From a virus (Duplodnaviria; Caudoviricetes), in IMG/VR virus record IMGVR_UViG_3300005077_000092, positions 1-26,535 of that record: a stretch of 26,535 nt of DNA. One strand, written 5' to 3'. The notes under the pieces are model-generated. The model worked only from the letters and a program-made list of their open reading frames with translations, was not told where the DNA came from and did no database searches. Below, piece after piece: positions 16,131-25,796 of this stretch (its first letter is position 1; each line of letters starts with the position of its first letter). The position numbers were made by a program, and so were the translations under genes.

Positions 16131-17963
16131 ATGGATCTTATTAATGAACTCAAACGTCATGATGAATTATATTATAATGGAGAATCTGAAATATCAGATT
16201 ATGATTATGATAAGTTAAAAGATAAAGCAAAATTATTATTTCCAAATGATCCTTATTTTACTCAAGTAGGAGCTAAAATAAAAATTGGAAAAGTTAAACT
16301 TCCTTATGTTCTAGGATCTTTAAAGAAAATAAAACCTGATACATTAGATATATTTTTTAAATTTAGGGCTAAAAACGAGTATAATGCTTCTGAGAAATTA
16401 GATGGTATTAGTATATATGTAGAAATAGAGAATAAAAATGTTATATTTGCTGCTCTTAGAGGTGACGGTGAATATGGTAAAGATGTAACTGATAAAATTA
16501 AAAAAGTATTCAAATATCAAAAATATAAAATTTTAAATGATGATTTAATTAAGCTTCGTGGAGAATGTATTTTAACTAGAGATTCTCATATAAAATTAGG
16601 TAAAAAAAATAGAAGAAATACTGTATCTGGGATTATGAATAGTGATTCTGATATAGGATTAGAATATGTTGAATGTATATTTTATGAGTTAATATATCCT
16701 GAAATTAAACATATACCAACATCTTTTAATTATATTAAAAATTCAGGACTTAAAATTTGTTGGAATATAAATGTAGGAAAATTAGAAGTAAATAAATTAA
16801 TTAAAGTTTTATTTGATGCTAAAAATAATGCAATAGAAAATGAATATGATATCGATGGATTAGTTCTTTGTCCTATTGAATATGAACGAGAAAATGTAAG
16901 TTATTCTAGTGAAAAAGTTGCATTTAAGGTAAATGATAAAGCAATTAAAACTAAAGTAATTGGTATTAGATGGCAAGTAGGTAGAACAGGTATTATAACT
17001 CCAGTTGTTAATATTGATCCAGTAGAAATTGGTGGAGTAACAATTAGTAATGTTACAGCTTTCAATAAAGAATATATTAAAAATAATAATATAAGGATAG
17101 GATCTGAAGTAGGTGTTCTTAGAAGTGGAGATGTTATTCCTTATTTAACTGAGGTATTTTCTACTCCTAATTATGATAAATTTGAATATGATGGATTGAA
17201 TAATTGTCCTTCTTGTGGAAATACTTTAACTGTTAAAGGTGTTCATTTTATATGTGAAAATCCTGGATGTAATCCATATAGAAAATTAGAATATTTTTTA
17301 AGGACTTTAGGTGCACAAAATATAAGTGAAAAAACATTAAGAAATCTTAAATTAGACAGTTTGAAAAAAATATATGAAGTTGATGAGTTTGATATATCAA
17401 TGTTTGAGGGCTTCGGATTAACACGTGGTGAACAAATTGTTAGTGAGATATATAAAACATTATTAACAACTGAAAGTGATCTTCTGATGTCATTTGGTAT
17501 TCCTGGTATAGGAAAAGAGAATTCAAAACTTTTAGTAAATCATTTGATATATGATAATTTTAATCAAATTTTTGAAAGTAATAGATATTCATATATTGAT
17601 TTAGTAAAGATTCCTGGGATAGGTAAAACTGTTGCAAAAACTTTTATATCTGATATTAATAAATATAAATCTGTATATGAATATTTATTAAGTAAAGGTT
17701 TGAAGTTTAAACAGAATAAGATAAATATTAATATAAAAGATAAAGTATTTGCTATAACTGGGAATTTTAGAATTAAAAGACCTATGTTAATTAAATTAAT
17801 TGAAGAGCAAGGTGGGCAAGTAAAAGGTGTAGGTAAAAATACTAATATTCTTGTAGCAGCAGATGTTAATAGTGGGTCTGGAAAGATTAAGAATGCTATG
17901 AAATTTGGAACTAAAATTATTTCTTATGAAGAATTATTAAGGATGTTAGGGGTAGATTTATGA
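16131..17963 (+). CDS. ligA: NAD-dependent DNA ligase
   Basis: YY..ISD..YD, KLDG, RGDG..G, IDGLV, VAFK, QVGRTG.ITPV, RSGDVIP, C4 Zn finger, HhH, C-terminal BRCT. Confidence 0.96.
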   Translation: MDLINELKRHDELYYNGESEISDYDYDKLKDKAKLLFPNDPYFTQVGAKIKIGKVKLPYVLGSLKKIKPDTLDIFFKFRAKNEYNASEKLDGISIYVEIENKNVIFAALRGDGEYGKDVTDKIKKVFKYQKYKILNDDLIKLRGECILTRDSHIKLGKKNRRNTVSGIMNSDSDIGLEYVECIFYELIYPEIKHIPTSFNYIKNSGLKICWNINVGKLEVNKLIKVLFDAKNNAIENEYDIDGLVLCPIEYERENVSYSSEKVAFKVNDKAIKTKVIGIRWQVGRTGIITPVVNIDPVEIGGVTISNVTAFNKEYIKNNNIRIGSEVGVLRSGDVIPYLTEVFSTPNYDKFEYDGLNNCPSCGNTLTVKGVHFICENPGCNPYRKLEYFLRTLGAQNISEKTLRNLKLDSLKKIYEVDEFDISMFEGFGLTRGEQIVSEIYKTLLTTESDLLMSFGIPGIGKENSKLLVNHLIYDNFNQIFESNRYSYIDLVKIPGIGKTVAKTFISDINKYKSVYEYLLSKGLKFKQNKININIKDKVFAITGNFRIKRPMLIKLIEEQGGQVKGVGKNTNILVAADVNSGSGKIKNAMKFGTKIISYEELLRMLGVDL

Positions 17964-18487
17964 AATATAGTGAACGAGTAATTGTTTTAAATAATGATTT
18001 TTCATTTTTAAGTTTTACAAATTTTAAAAATGCTATTAAGTTAATGTATATGGGAAAAGCAGAACCTATTAATGTAAAAGGTTTTATTAGAAATAAAGTT
18101 GTATCAAATTTTGAAGGAACATATAAATATGTATGTCCGGTTGCTATTAGATTATTGAGATATGTAAGAGAGATATATAAGAAGTATGTTCCTTGTAATA
18201 AGAGTAATATTATAAATCGAGATGGAAAGTGTATGTATTGTGGAACACATAAAAATTTAACTGTTGATCATATAATTCCTAAATCTAGAGGTGGAAAGTT
18301 ATCATGGGAGAATTGTGTTACTTCATGTAAAGAATGTAATAATAGAAAAGGTGATAGAACCCCATCAGAAGCTAAAATGTTTTTATTAGAACAACCACAC
18401 ATGCCAACTATTAATGAATTTATTCAATTAAAAATGAAAAGATTTGGAGTTGATAAATTCATGGAAAGTTTATTTAAAAATATGTAA
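17960..18487 (+). CDS. HNH endonuclease (McrA-like)
   Basis: RD.KCMYCG, LTVDHIIPKSRGG..SWEN.VTSC..CN.RKG.RTP. Confidence 0.93.
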   Translation: MKYSERVIVLNNDFSFLSFTNFKNAIKLMYMGKAEPINVKGFIRNKVVSNFEGTYKYVCPVAIRLLRYVREIYKKYVPCNKSNIINRDGKCMYCGTHKNLTVDHIIPKSRGGKLSWENCVTSCKECNNRKGDRTPSEAKMFLLEQPHMPTINEFIQLKMKRFGVDKFMESLFKNM

Positions 18488-18508
18488 AGGAGAGTGTTTT
18501 TATAAATA

Positions 18509-19642
18509 GTGAAGAATTCTGTAAATGGAAGGATATGTAAACCTATAGATAAATCAACAAATATTTCAATGATGTCATATATTGGTGATTTACAGGGGTG
18601 TGGTACTATTAGAATAATTCACCCCTCTTTATTATTAAATCATTATAAACATGAAAGAAATAATGTAAAAATTACATTTGAAAGTTATTATTCATCTTTT
18701 TTTATTAGAGAACCAAAATATTATGTTCCTATAACATTTATTCAATTTCAAAGAGCATCAACAGAAAATCATCTTAAAATTGTAAATGAATTTATTAATG
18801 AATATAGAAAACCAACAAAAACTCCTATTATATATGAAATTGATGATTTATTATTAGATATTGAAGAATGGAATTATGCACATAATTTTTATAAACCATT
18901 AACTAAGTATATTGAAGAAATTATGAGATTAGTTGATGGTATTACTGTATCTACATATAAATTAAAAGAGGTATATTCTAAGTATAATCAAAATATTAAT
19001 GTTATTCCTAATCATCTTCCTAAATATATTTGGGGTGAACCAATTTATACTAAAGCAGATGAATATAGAAAGAAAAATCCTAGAATTTTATATCATGGAT
19101 CAATGAATCATTTTGCTGTTAGTGAATTGACCCCTGGAAAGAAAGGTGGAGATTTTAGTGAAGAATTATTAGATTTTATTAGAAAGACAGTAGATAAGTA
19201 TAATTGGATATTTATGGGAGGCTTTCCTGAAGAATTAGCAGATTTAAAAGGAAATAAAATTGAATATATTCCTTGGAGTAATGTATTTAGTTATGCACAT
19301 GTATTAAAATCTATTAATCCTGATTTTGGTATTGCACCTTTATATTATAATTTATTTAATCAATGTAAATCGAATATTAAAATGTTAGAATATTGTGCAA
19401 TGGGGGTTCCAGCTATATACACTAATATAGATCCATATTATAATGGAACAGTAAAAGCATCTTCTACTGAAGAAATGATTAGTCATATTGAAGAATTTGC
19501 TAAAGATCCAGATCTAAGATATAAATCTTGGAAATTAGATTTAGAAAATAATAGATCCCAATTATTTTGGGAAGAACAAAATAATTTAATTAAATATATA
19601 AATTCTTATTTATCATTATTTGGAATAATGTTACCAAAATGA
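18509..19642 (+). CDS. GT-B fold glycosyltransferase
   Basis: GCG..RI..P, FQR, YEIDD, TVST..L, VIPN, GIAPL....FN.CKSNIK.LEY..MG.P; exact start uncertain. Confidence 0.85.
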   Translation: MKNSVNGRICKPIDKSTNISMMSYIGDLQGCGTIRIIHPSLLLNHYKHERNNVKITFESYYSSFFIREPKYYVPITFIQFQRASTENHLKIVNEFINEYRKPTKTPIIYEIDDLLLDIEEWNYAHNFYKPLTKYIEEIMRLVDGITVSTYKLKEVYSKYNQNINVIPNHLPKYIWGEPIYTKADEYRKKNPRILYHGSMNHFAVSELTPGKKGGDFSEELLDFIRKTVDKYNWIFMGGFPEELADLKGNKIEYIPWSNVFSYAHVLKSINPDFGIAPLYYNLFNQCKSNIKMLEYCAMGVPAIYTNIDPYYNGTVKASSTEEMISHIEEFAKDPDLRYKSWKLDLENNRSQLFWEEQNNLIKYINSYLSLFGIMLPK

Positions 19643-20262
19643 ATTATGAAATACAAGATATATATATAATTTTTAGGAAAGAGCAAAGTTTATTTTTTAA
19701 TAGACCATATAAGTTACCTAAAAATTGGGATAAATTTTATGAAAAATTAAATATTAATACTAAAGAAATATTAAATAAAATAACTAATTATTTTAATACT
19801 AAATGGGATAGTATAGATCCTAATAAGTATTTTAGTGCTGGATTTGAATTATATAATAAATCATTTACATATCAAAAATTTTTTGATAATAGAATTTTAA
19901 AATTATATATACAACGTGATAAAATAAAAAAGTATGAAACTGAAGCATCTAAAAAACTTTTAATTGAAAATTTAAATTTTATACTTTCATATATGAAGGA
20001 AAGATCATATAGAAAAGATTTATCTATATTATCTCAATATGCTAAATTAAGAGAAGGATTTGAAAGAATTTGTATTTCTCATTATAGACAAAATAAGATA
20101 AGTAAATTTTGTTTAGTATATTTATTAAGTCGGAAATATTGTATATTAGATGTAGATGAATATACATTAATACCTGAAATAAAAAATAAATATAGAGAAT
20201 TAATATATGAATTAAATAATTATAAAGAATTTTTAATTAAGTTAGAGGAAAAAATTGGATAA
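19639..20262 (+). CDS. basic hypothetical protein, possibly a gp59-like helicase loader
   Basis: About 200 aa, basic and aromatic, near gp32; function assigned by context only. Confidence 0.45.
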   Translation: MNYEIQDIYIIFRKEQSLFFNRPYKLPKNWDKFYEKLNINTKEILNKITNYFNTKWDSIDPNKYFSAGFELYNKSFTYQKFFDNRILKLYIQRDKIKKYETEASKKLLIENLNFILSYMKERSYRKDLSILSQYAKLREGFERICISHYRQNKISKFCLVYLLSRKYCILDVDEYTLIPEIKNKYRELIYELNNYKEFLIKLEEKIG

Positions 20263-21415
20263 AAAATGTTCTAAATTGGATTGTAAACTTCGTGAGTCTA
20301 ATTTACTGGAGAAAATAAAATTTAACATGTTAGTTGATAATAATAAACGTAATTTTTTTTATGAAGGTAATGATTGTGAATTTATAAATGATTTAATTAT
20401 TAATAAAACTATTAATTATTTATCAGATAAAATTAATGATTATAAATATATTAAGGCACTTAAAGTTTTTGTTATTAAAAGTTTTGAATTAAATTTATTA
20501 GAAAAATTGGGAAATGTTATTTTTTCCGAATGTAAATATGGTGAGGATTCTATATATATAGAAGATGATTTATGTATATATCAATTTGAGTATTCTAAAA
20601 GAAAATCTTATAATATTTTATATATTAAATTTTATACTAAAGAATTTAATAATATCGAAGATGGTATAATTAGAATTAATAATATTATAAACAAATATAA
20701 ATCTAATGAGAACAATGTAGAGTGTGAAATTGTTTGGTATTATTATACAGGTGGAAATATTAGATCTGTTGAATTTTATGAGTTATTAGATGATGTAATT
20801 CATGAAGAAGCATATCCATTTTTAAAAGGTGGATTAAAAACTTTTGTTAAAGATTATTTAGAATCTAAAGAATCTATTTTAGTTTTATTAGGTGAACCTG
20901 GAACAGGAAAAACTAGATTAATTAGATATATATTATTAGAATTATCAAAATCGGTTGATTCTATTAGTAGAATTTGTTATACATCAAATGCTAAAGTATT
21001 AGAAGAAGATTCAATATTTATTTCGTTTGTTGATTCTGATTATGATGCATTAGTATTAGAAGATATTGATAATCATTTAAAAGATCGATCAAGTAATGAT
21101 AATAATGTAATGTATAATTTTCTAACTACTTCAGACGGGTTAGTTTTAAATAATGATAAAAAAATCATTTTTAGTACTAATTTAAATTCTATTTCTGATA
21201 TTGATAAAGCATTAATTAGACCAGGAAGATGTTTTGCTGTTATTAATTTTAGAAAATTAAAGAAAAATGAAGCAATTAAATTATTATCAAAATTAAATAA
21301 TACATATAATATTGAATTAGATAAAAATGAATATACATTAGCAGAAATTTATCAAAAAGTCAATGTGAAAAATGAATATTATATAAATAATAATATAAAA
21401 GGAATAGGATTTTAA
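20255..21415 (+). CDS. AAA-family ATPase
   Basis: GEPGTGKT, LVLEDID, L...DGL, FSTN, ID.ALIRPGR, C-terminal IGF. Confidence 0.9.
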   Translation: MDKKCSKLDCKLRESNLLEKIKFNMLVDNNKRNFFYEGNDCEFINDLIINKTINYLSDKINDYKYIKALKVFVIKSFELNLLEKLGNVIFSECKYGEDSIYIEDDLCIYQFEYSKRKSYNILYIKFYTKEFNNIEDGIIRINNIINKYKSNENNVECEIVWYYYTGGNIRSVEFYELLDDVIHEEAYPFLKGGLKTFVKDYLESKESILVLLGEPGTGKTRLIRYILLELSKSVDSISRICYTSNAKVLEEDSIFISFVDSDYDALVLEDIDNHLKDRSSNDNNVMYNFLTTSDGLVLNNDKKIIFSTNLNSISDIDKALIRPGRCFAVINFRKLKKNEAIKLLSKLNNTYNIELDKNEYTLAEIYQKVNVKNEYYINNNIKGIGF

Positions 21416-21424
21416 CAGTGATTT

Positions 21425-21589
21425 ATGAGAGTTTATGATGTAACAAATGACCATATGTTATGGAAGGAGAAAGAAAAAGATTCTAGAAAATTGTTATATG
21501 GAAATCAAGAAGAAAAAGATAAGAAAAAGAAAAAGGAGGAAAAAGATAAGGAGTTAAATGAAGGAATAGTATTAGATATTTTAGTTTGA
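21425..21589 (+). CDS. 54-aa highly charged protein ending GIVLDILV
   Basis: Open frame ATG 21425 to TGA 21589; not in the ORF track. Confidence 0.55.
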   Translation: MRVYDVTNDHMLWKEKEKDSRKLLYGNQEEKDKKKKKEEKDKELNEGIVLDILV

Positions 21590-21632
21590 AGAAGTTAATA
21601 CAGTAAAAAAAGGAGGATTAAAGAGAAAAGAT

Positions 21633-22562
21633 ATGAGTAAATGGTTAGATGAAAAACAGATTGAAGAGTATTTAGATTTAAAGAAAAACGAAACCCCTGG
21701 TCCTAGAGCAACCGATGTTCTTTGGAAACCTGATAAAGGAACTAAGAATACGCCTAATATGTATAAGTTTAGGTTTTTACCTAATAAGAGTCGGGGATTT
21801 ACTAAAAAGTATATGTATCATATGTTTAGAAAGAGTTCTGGTGAAGGTTGGATTTTTATTTTATGTAGTAAGACAGATGATTGGAATAATTTTTGTCCTA
21901 TTTGTGCTATTAATAATAAATTATGGCAATCAGAGTCTAAAGCTGATAAAGATTTAGCACGAGCTATGAAACGAAAAAATAAACATATTTCTAATATTTA
22001 TTTAGTAGATGATCCCAGAGATAAGGATAATACTGAAAAGGTAAATGGAACTGTTAAGCTTTATGAGTATCCTGATAAAGTAGATCAAAAGATTAAGAGT
22101 CAGTTATCTGATGATGAAGATAGTCGAGGAATTTCTATTTTTGATCCAGGTGAAAATGGATATGATTTTATTTTAAAAGTTGGCGAAACTGAAGCAGATG
22201 GAAATAATAATACATTTTGGACTTATGACCAATCTGAATTTAGTGTAAAAAATCGTCCACTTGGATCTGATTCAAAAATTAAAGAGATTATGGATTCTCG
22301 TCATGAAATTCAAGAATATATTAATTCTATGAAGAGATCAAATGAAGATATTGTTAAAATTTTAAAAGATGAAGATTTATATGGATGGGTTGAAACTGAT
22401 TTAGTAAAAAATTGTTTTATTGTATTAGATGAAGATGAACCTAAAATTGAAACCCATAAAGAAGATAAAGTTGAAGAAAAGAAAGAAGAAAAGAAAGAAA
22501 AATCTAAAACTAATGAGGAACAGTCTGATGAAGAGATTTTAGCAATGTTAAATAATTTATAA
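21633..22562 (+). CDS. gp32: single-stranded DNA-binding protein (T4 gp32-like)
   Basis: W+P, FRFLP, H...C..T...CPIC Zn site, NI..V.DP, NG.VKLY, FDP...G.DF.LK, YD.S.F, acidic tail. Confidence 0.95.
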   Translation: MSKWLDEKQIEEYLDLKKNETPGPRATDVLWKPDKGTKNTPNMYKFRFLPNKSRGFTKKYMYHMFRKSSGEGWIFILCSKTDDWNNFCPICAINNKLWQSESKADKDLARAMKRKNKHISNIYLVDDPRDKDNTEKVNGTVKLYEYPDKVDQKIKSQLSDDEDSRGISIFDPGENGYDFILKVGETEADGNNNTFWTYDQSEFSVKNRPLGSDSKIKEIMDSRHEIQEYINSMKRSNEDIVKILKDEDLYGWVETDLVKNCFIVLDEDEPKIETHKEDKVEEKKEEKKEKSKTNEEQSDEEILAMLNNL

Positions 22563-22566
22563 AAAT

Positions 22567-22619
22567 TTTGGCACCCCAATATAAATATATAAAAGAGATG
22601 GAGGTGTTGGGGTGCCAAA
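22567..22619 (+). promoter_or_regulatory. start-codon-sequestering hairpin with a late promoter in its loop
   Basis: TTTGGCACCCCAA (22567-22579) pairs with TTGGGGTGCCAAA (22607-22619, contains GTG start); TATAAATA 22580-22587 and GGAGG 22600-22604 lie in the loop. Confidence 0.8.
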
Positions 22620-23130
22620 TAAAGGATCAGCATTTGAACGAGAAATTTCTAGGTATTTAACAAAATGGGTTACCGGAAATGATAAACCATATTTATATTG
22701 GAGAATGCCTGGAAGTGGAATGATTGCTACTGTAAGTGAAGAAAATAAAGAATTATCTGGAGATATAATATCATTAAGAATTGAAGGTGCATTTTTAACT
22801 GATAAATTTTCAATTGAATGTAAAACTGGATATATATCTGCTGATTTTTGGAAAACATTAAAAAATAATAAAAATGATGAATTAAAATTATTTTGGAAAC
22901 AAGCATTATTTGCAGGAAATAAAACTAATAAATCAGCAATTATTATATTTAGAAAAAAAGGTTTAAAGCCTATTATAGGAATAGATCCAGATTATTTTAA
23001 AAATATGACAAAAATATTTAAATTAAATTCAGTGACATTAACATTTGAAGAAGAGTTACCTAGATTAACATTTTTTGATATGGATACATTTTTTGAATGT
23101 GTTAGTCCTGAAGATATAAAGAGGATATAA
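22612..23130 (+). CDS. Holliday junction resolvase, Hjc-like PD-(D/E)xK
   Basis: KG..FERE, R.PGSG, GDI, SIECK, FW.Q, IIF+ motifs. Confidence 0.85.
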   Translation: MPNKGSAFEREISRYLTKWVTGNDKPYLYWRMPGSGMIATVSEENKELSGDIISLRIEGAFLTDKFSIECKTGYISADFWKTLKNNKNDELKLFWKQALFAGNKTNKSAIIIFRKKGLKPIIGIDPDYFKNMTKIFKLNSVTLTFEEELPRLTFFDMDTFFECVSPEDIKRI

Positions 23131-23134
23131 ATAA

Positions 23135-23533
23135 ATGAACGATAAATTACCGGATGTATCATTACAAAATATTGATAATCCAGAAAAAAAAGAACCAGAT
23201 TTAGAATTAAAAACTTTTGGGAGATCATCTCCCGGAATAAGTGCTGCACAAAATTATAATACTAAATTTGGAAGTTATAATCAAGAAGTTTTAAAAACTG
23301 ATGTAGAAGGAATTGATTCAGATGGGGTAAAAAATATTGGTAAAGATAAATACCCAGTATTTGATGTTGAATTTGAAGACTTTATGAAAAATTCTCATAC
23401 TGAAAGACGAAGATTAAGATTTCCACAAGGATCTAAAGTTCAAGAATTTAATCAAAAAACAAAATACCGTGCTCCGTTTTTTATTAGAACAAAAGATACT
23501 CAAGGAAGAACTTACGAAAAAAAAATTAAATAA
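23135..23533 (+). CDS. hypothetical protein
   Basis: GAGGA upstream; operon continuity. Confidence 0.7.
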   Translation: MNDKLPDVSLQNIDNPEKKEPDLELKTFGRSSPGISAAQNYNTKFGSYNQEVLKTDVEGIDSDGVKNIGKDKYPVFDVEFEDFMKNSHTERRRLRFPQGSKVQEFNQKTKYRAPFFIRTKDTQGRTYEKKIK

Positions 23534-23540
23534 ATATTAT

Positions 23541-23614
23541 GGGCTGGTAGTTTAACGGGAAAACACTTGGCTTGCACCCAGGAACTCAGGGTTCGATTCC
23601 CTGTCGGTCCACCA
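23541..23614 (+). tRNA. tRNA-Ala(TGC)
   Basis: GGGCTGG/TCGGTCC acceptor with G3:U70, loop CTTGCAC, CAGGG-TTCGATT-CCCTG, ACCA. Confidence 0.92.
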
Positions 23615-23633
23615 TTTAAAAAAGGAATATATA

Positions 23634-24209
23634 ATGAAAAAATTATTATTTACAATATTATTACTATTCACTTTAATATCATCTGCTTTTGCAGATACAA
23701 TATCTTTTCAATCAATATTTAATACAGATTGGACACAAGATTCATATTATTTAGATATTAATTCAAATGATACACAAACAACTTTATTTTTTTATAATAA
23801 AAATACTAGATTTAATACATTTATAACAGGAATATATTTTATAGATAATTATGAGTTTGAATATAATAATAGCCCCTCTGTTGTATTTTATGAAACAAAA
23901 AAACCTAGAAATTTTCCAGGTGGAAATATAATAGGATTTGATACAACATTATCATATTTAGCTAAATCTCCGAGCCCACAATATGGAATAAATTATGGAG
24001 AATCTTTTACATTATATACAAATAATATACTATTCAATGAATTAAAAATTGGTATTCATGTTCAATCGATATGTAATTCTGATTCTTTAATATTAAAAAT
24101 TAATAATACTCCTGAACCAACTTCTAGTATATTATTTGCATCTGTGTTTCTTTTACCTTTTTATAGAAGGATAAAAAATGGAAAATGTAACAATATTACA
24201 CGATTATAA
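23634..24209 (+). CDS. secreted PEP-CTERM sorting-domain protein
   Basis: Signal peptide MKKLLFTILLLFTLISSAFA; C-terminal TPEPTS, hydrophobic ILFASVFLLPFY, then basic RRIK. Confidence 0.8.
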   Translation: MKKLLFTILLLFTLISSAFADTISFQSIFNTDWTQDSYYLDINSNDTQTTLFFYNKNTRFNTFITGIYFIDNYEFEYNNSPSVVFYETKKPRNFPGGNIIGFDTTLSYLAKSPSPQYGINYGESFTLYTNNILFNELKIGIHVQSICNSDSLILKINNTPEPTSSILFASVFLLPFYRRIKNGKCNNITRL

Positions 24210-25134
24210 TAATTTAGCATTAAGAAATGTATTTATAGATGATATTAAAATAACTTCAGATTCACCTAATTATTCTTTATGGAAAAGACGTATATTTAAT
24301 AGTATATACTTATCCTTATTTAAAATAAAAAATGTGTCTGAGGTTATTTTAGCTTCTGATTCTCATCAAAGTTGGCGAAAACTATATTGGCCCAGATATA
24401 AAGAATCTAGACCAATAAATAGAGAAAAAAACACAAATATAAATTGGCCTGAACTATTCAATCATATGAATAGTTTTTTAGAAGAAATTATAGAATGTTT
24501 ACCTTTTAAAACATTTAAAATCCATAATTGTGAAGGAGATGACATTATTGCTATATTAGCAATGAATGGATTACCTGATAAAAAATATGTTATCATATCA
24601 ACAGATGAAGACTTCAAACAAATAATATCAGATAATATTATAGTATATAGTCCTATAAAAAAAGAATTTTTAAAAAAAGTAAATACTGAAGAATTTTTAA
24701 AAGTTAGATTTTTACAAGGACAAAGTAAAGATGATATATTTAATGTATTAACACCTAATGATTACCCATGTGGAGCTTTAGGCAATCAAAGAAAACCTGC
24801 TCTAGGTAATAAAAAATTAGAAAAAATATATCAATACGGTATTGATAAATGGATCAATGATAACGATAAAAAATATCAATTTAAAATTATAAATAAACAA
24901 ACAAAAAATATAATATACAAAAATGAAGAAAACTCACTAAAAGATAATTTTAAAAGAAATAAAATTTTAATTGATTTTAGAATGATCCCTGACCCATTAA
25001 GAAAAACATTATTACAACAATATAGAGATTATAAATTACCTGAATTAAATAAAATATTAAATTTATTCCAAAAACATGAATGGGAAATGGAATATTTTGA
25101 CCAAATAGAAAATAAATTATCTAATTTATATTAA
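24178..25134 (+). CDS. rnh: T4-type RNase H / 5'-3' exonuclease
   Basis: D.NN, A.D...SWR+..WP.YK..R, EGDDIIA, IISTDEDFKQ, G...D.I.N, RN..LIDF..IP. Confidence 0.93.
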   Translation: MENVTILHDYNNLALRNVFIDDIKITSDSPNYSLWKRRIFNSIYLSLFKIKNVSEVILASDSHQSWRKLYWPRYKESRPINREKNTNINWPELFNHMNSFLEEIIECLPFKTFKIHNCEGDDIIAILAMNGLPDKKYVIISTDEDFKQIISDNIIVYSPIKKEFLKKVNTEEFLKVRFLQGQSKDDIFNVLTPNDYPCGALGNQRKPALGNKKLEKIYQYGIDKWINDNDKKYQFKIINKQTKNIIYKNEENSLKDNFKRNKILIDFRMIPDPLRKTLLQQYRDYKLPELNKILNLFQKHEWEMEYFDQIENKLSNLY

Positions 25135-25138
25135 AAAG

Positions 25139-25399
25139 GTGTATAATATTATGTTTGGATCAAACTCTATTTGTTATAGTGAATACTATCTTGAAAAAGA
25201 ATCTAGAAATTGTCAATATGAAAGATTAACAGAAATTGTATCTGGAAATAATACAGTTTATTTATGTGCATCTATCTGGTATTGTGATGGAATTAAATTT
25301 CATGCTAATACTCTTTTAACTTTTTTTCCATTTGAACTCACAACAATTAAATCATATGATTATACTAAAGTTAGTGCAGCAATGTTTGGGTTAGAATGA
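25139..25399 (+). CDS. hypothetical protein
   Basis: Fills the operon gap; stop overlaps the next start (ATGA). Confidence 0.6.
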   Translation: MYNIMFGSNSICYSEYYLEKESRNCQYERLTEIVSGNNTVYLCASIWYCDGIKFHANTLLTFFPFELTTIKSYDYTKVSAAMFGLE

Positions 25400-25731
25400 A
25401 AACAATAGGAATTATAGGAACTCGTCAAAAAGATAATCAATATTATTATAATAAATTATTTAATATACTAAAAAAATATTATAATGATGGAGATATTATT
25501 GTCTCTGGAGGTTGTCCCCAAGGTGGGGATAGAATAGCAAATGAAATATGTATTAAAGAAGGATTTTCAATTTTAAATCATTATCCTCCTTGGAAATATA
25601 AAGGAAAATTTGCAGGACATTACAGAAATACTTTTATAGCAAGAGAATCTAAAATTTTGATTGCTATTATATCAGATGAACGAAAAGGAGGAACAGAAAA
25701 TACAATTAAAAAATGGAAACAAAAAAAATAA
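25396..25731 (+). CDS. SLOG-superfamily (YspA/DprA-like) protein, probably frameshifted; intact end likely 25795
   Basis: IGIIGTR, IVSGGC..GGD, RN..IA, KGGT.NTI motifs. Confidence 0.8.
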   Translation: MKTIGIIGTRQKDNQYYYNKLFNILKKYYNDGDIIVSGGCPQGGDRIANEICIKEGFSILNHYPPWKYKGKFAGHYRNTFIARESKILIAIISDERKGGTENTIKKWKQKK

Positions 25732-25796
25732 AAAATATACAGAATTTATAGAAAATGATATATTAATTTTAATTCCTTATAATTTGGATATTTAAA

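Noticed and set aside
23126-23133. TATAAATA here and at 12341, 12538 and 18501 as late promoters
   Set aside because: Too close to a start codon or not positioned before a late gene; the 8-mer is expected by chance at this AT content.
8859-23249. ORFs 8859-9116, 8944-9264, 12482-12697, 12792-13016, 13001-13231, 15847-16029, 16304-16513, 21715-21957, 22310-22633 and 22992-23249
   Set aside because: Antisense or out-of-frame overlaps of real genes, with the F/I/L/S-rich composition expected from AT-rich shadow frames.
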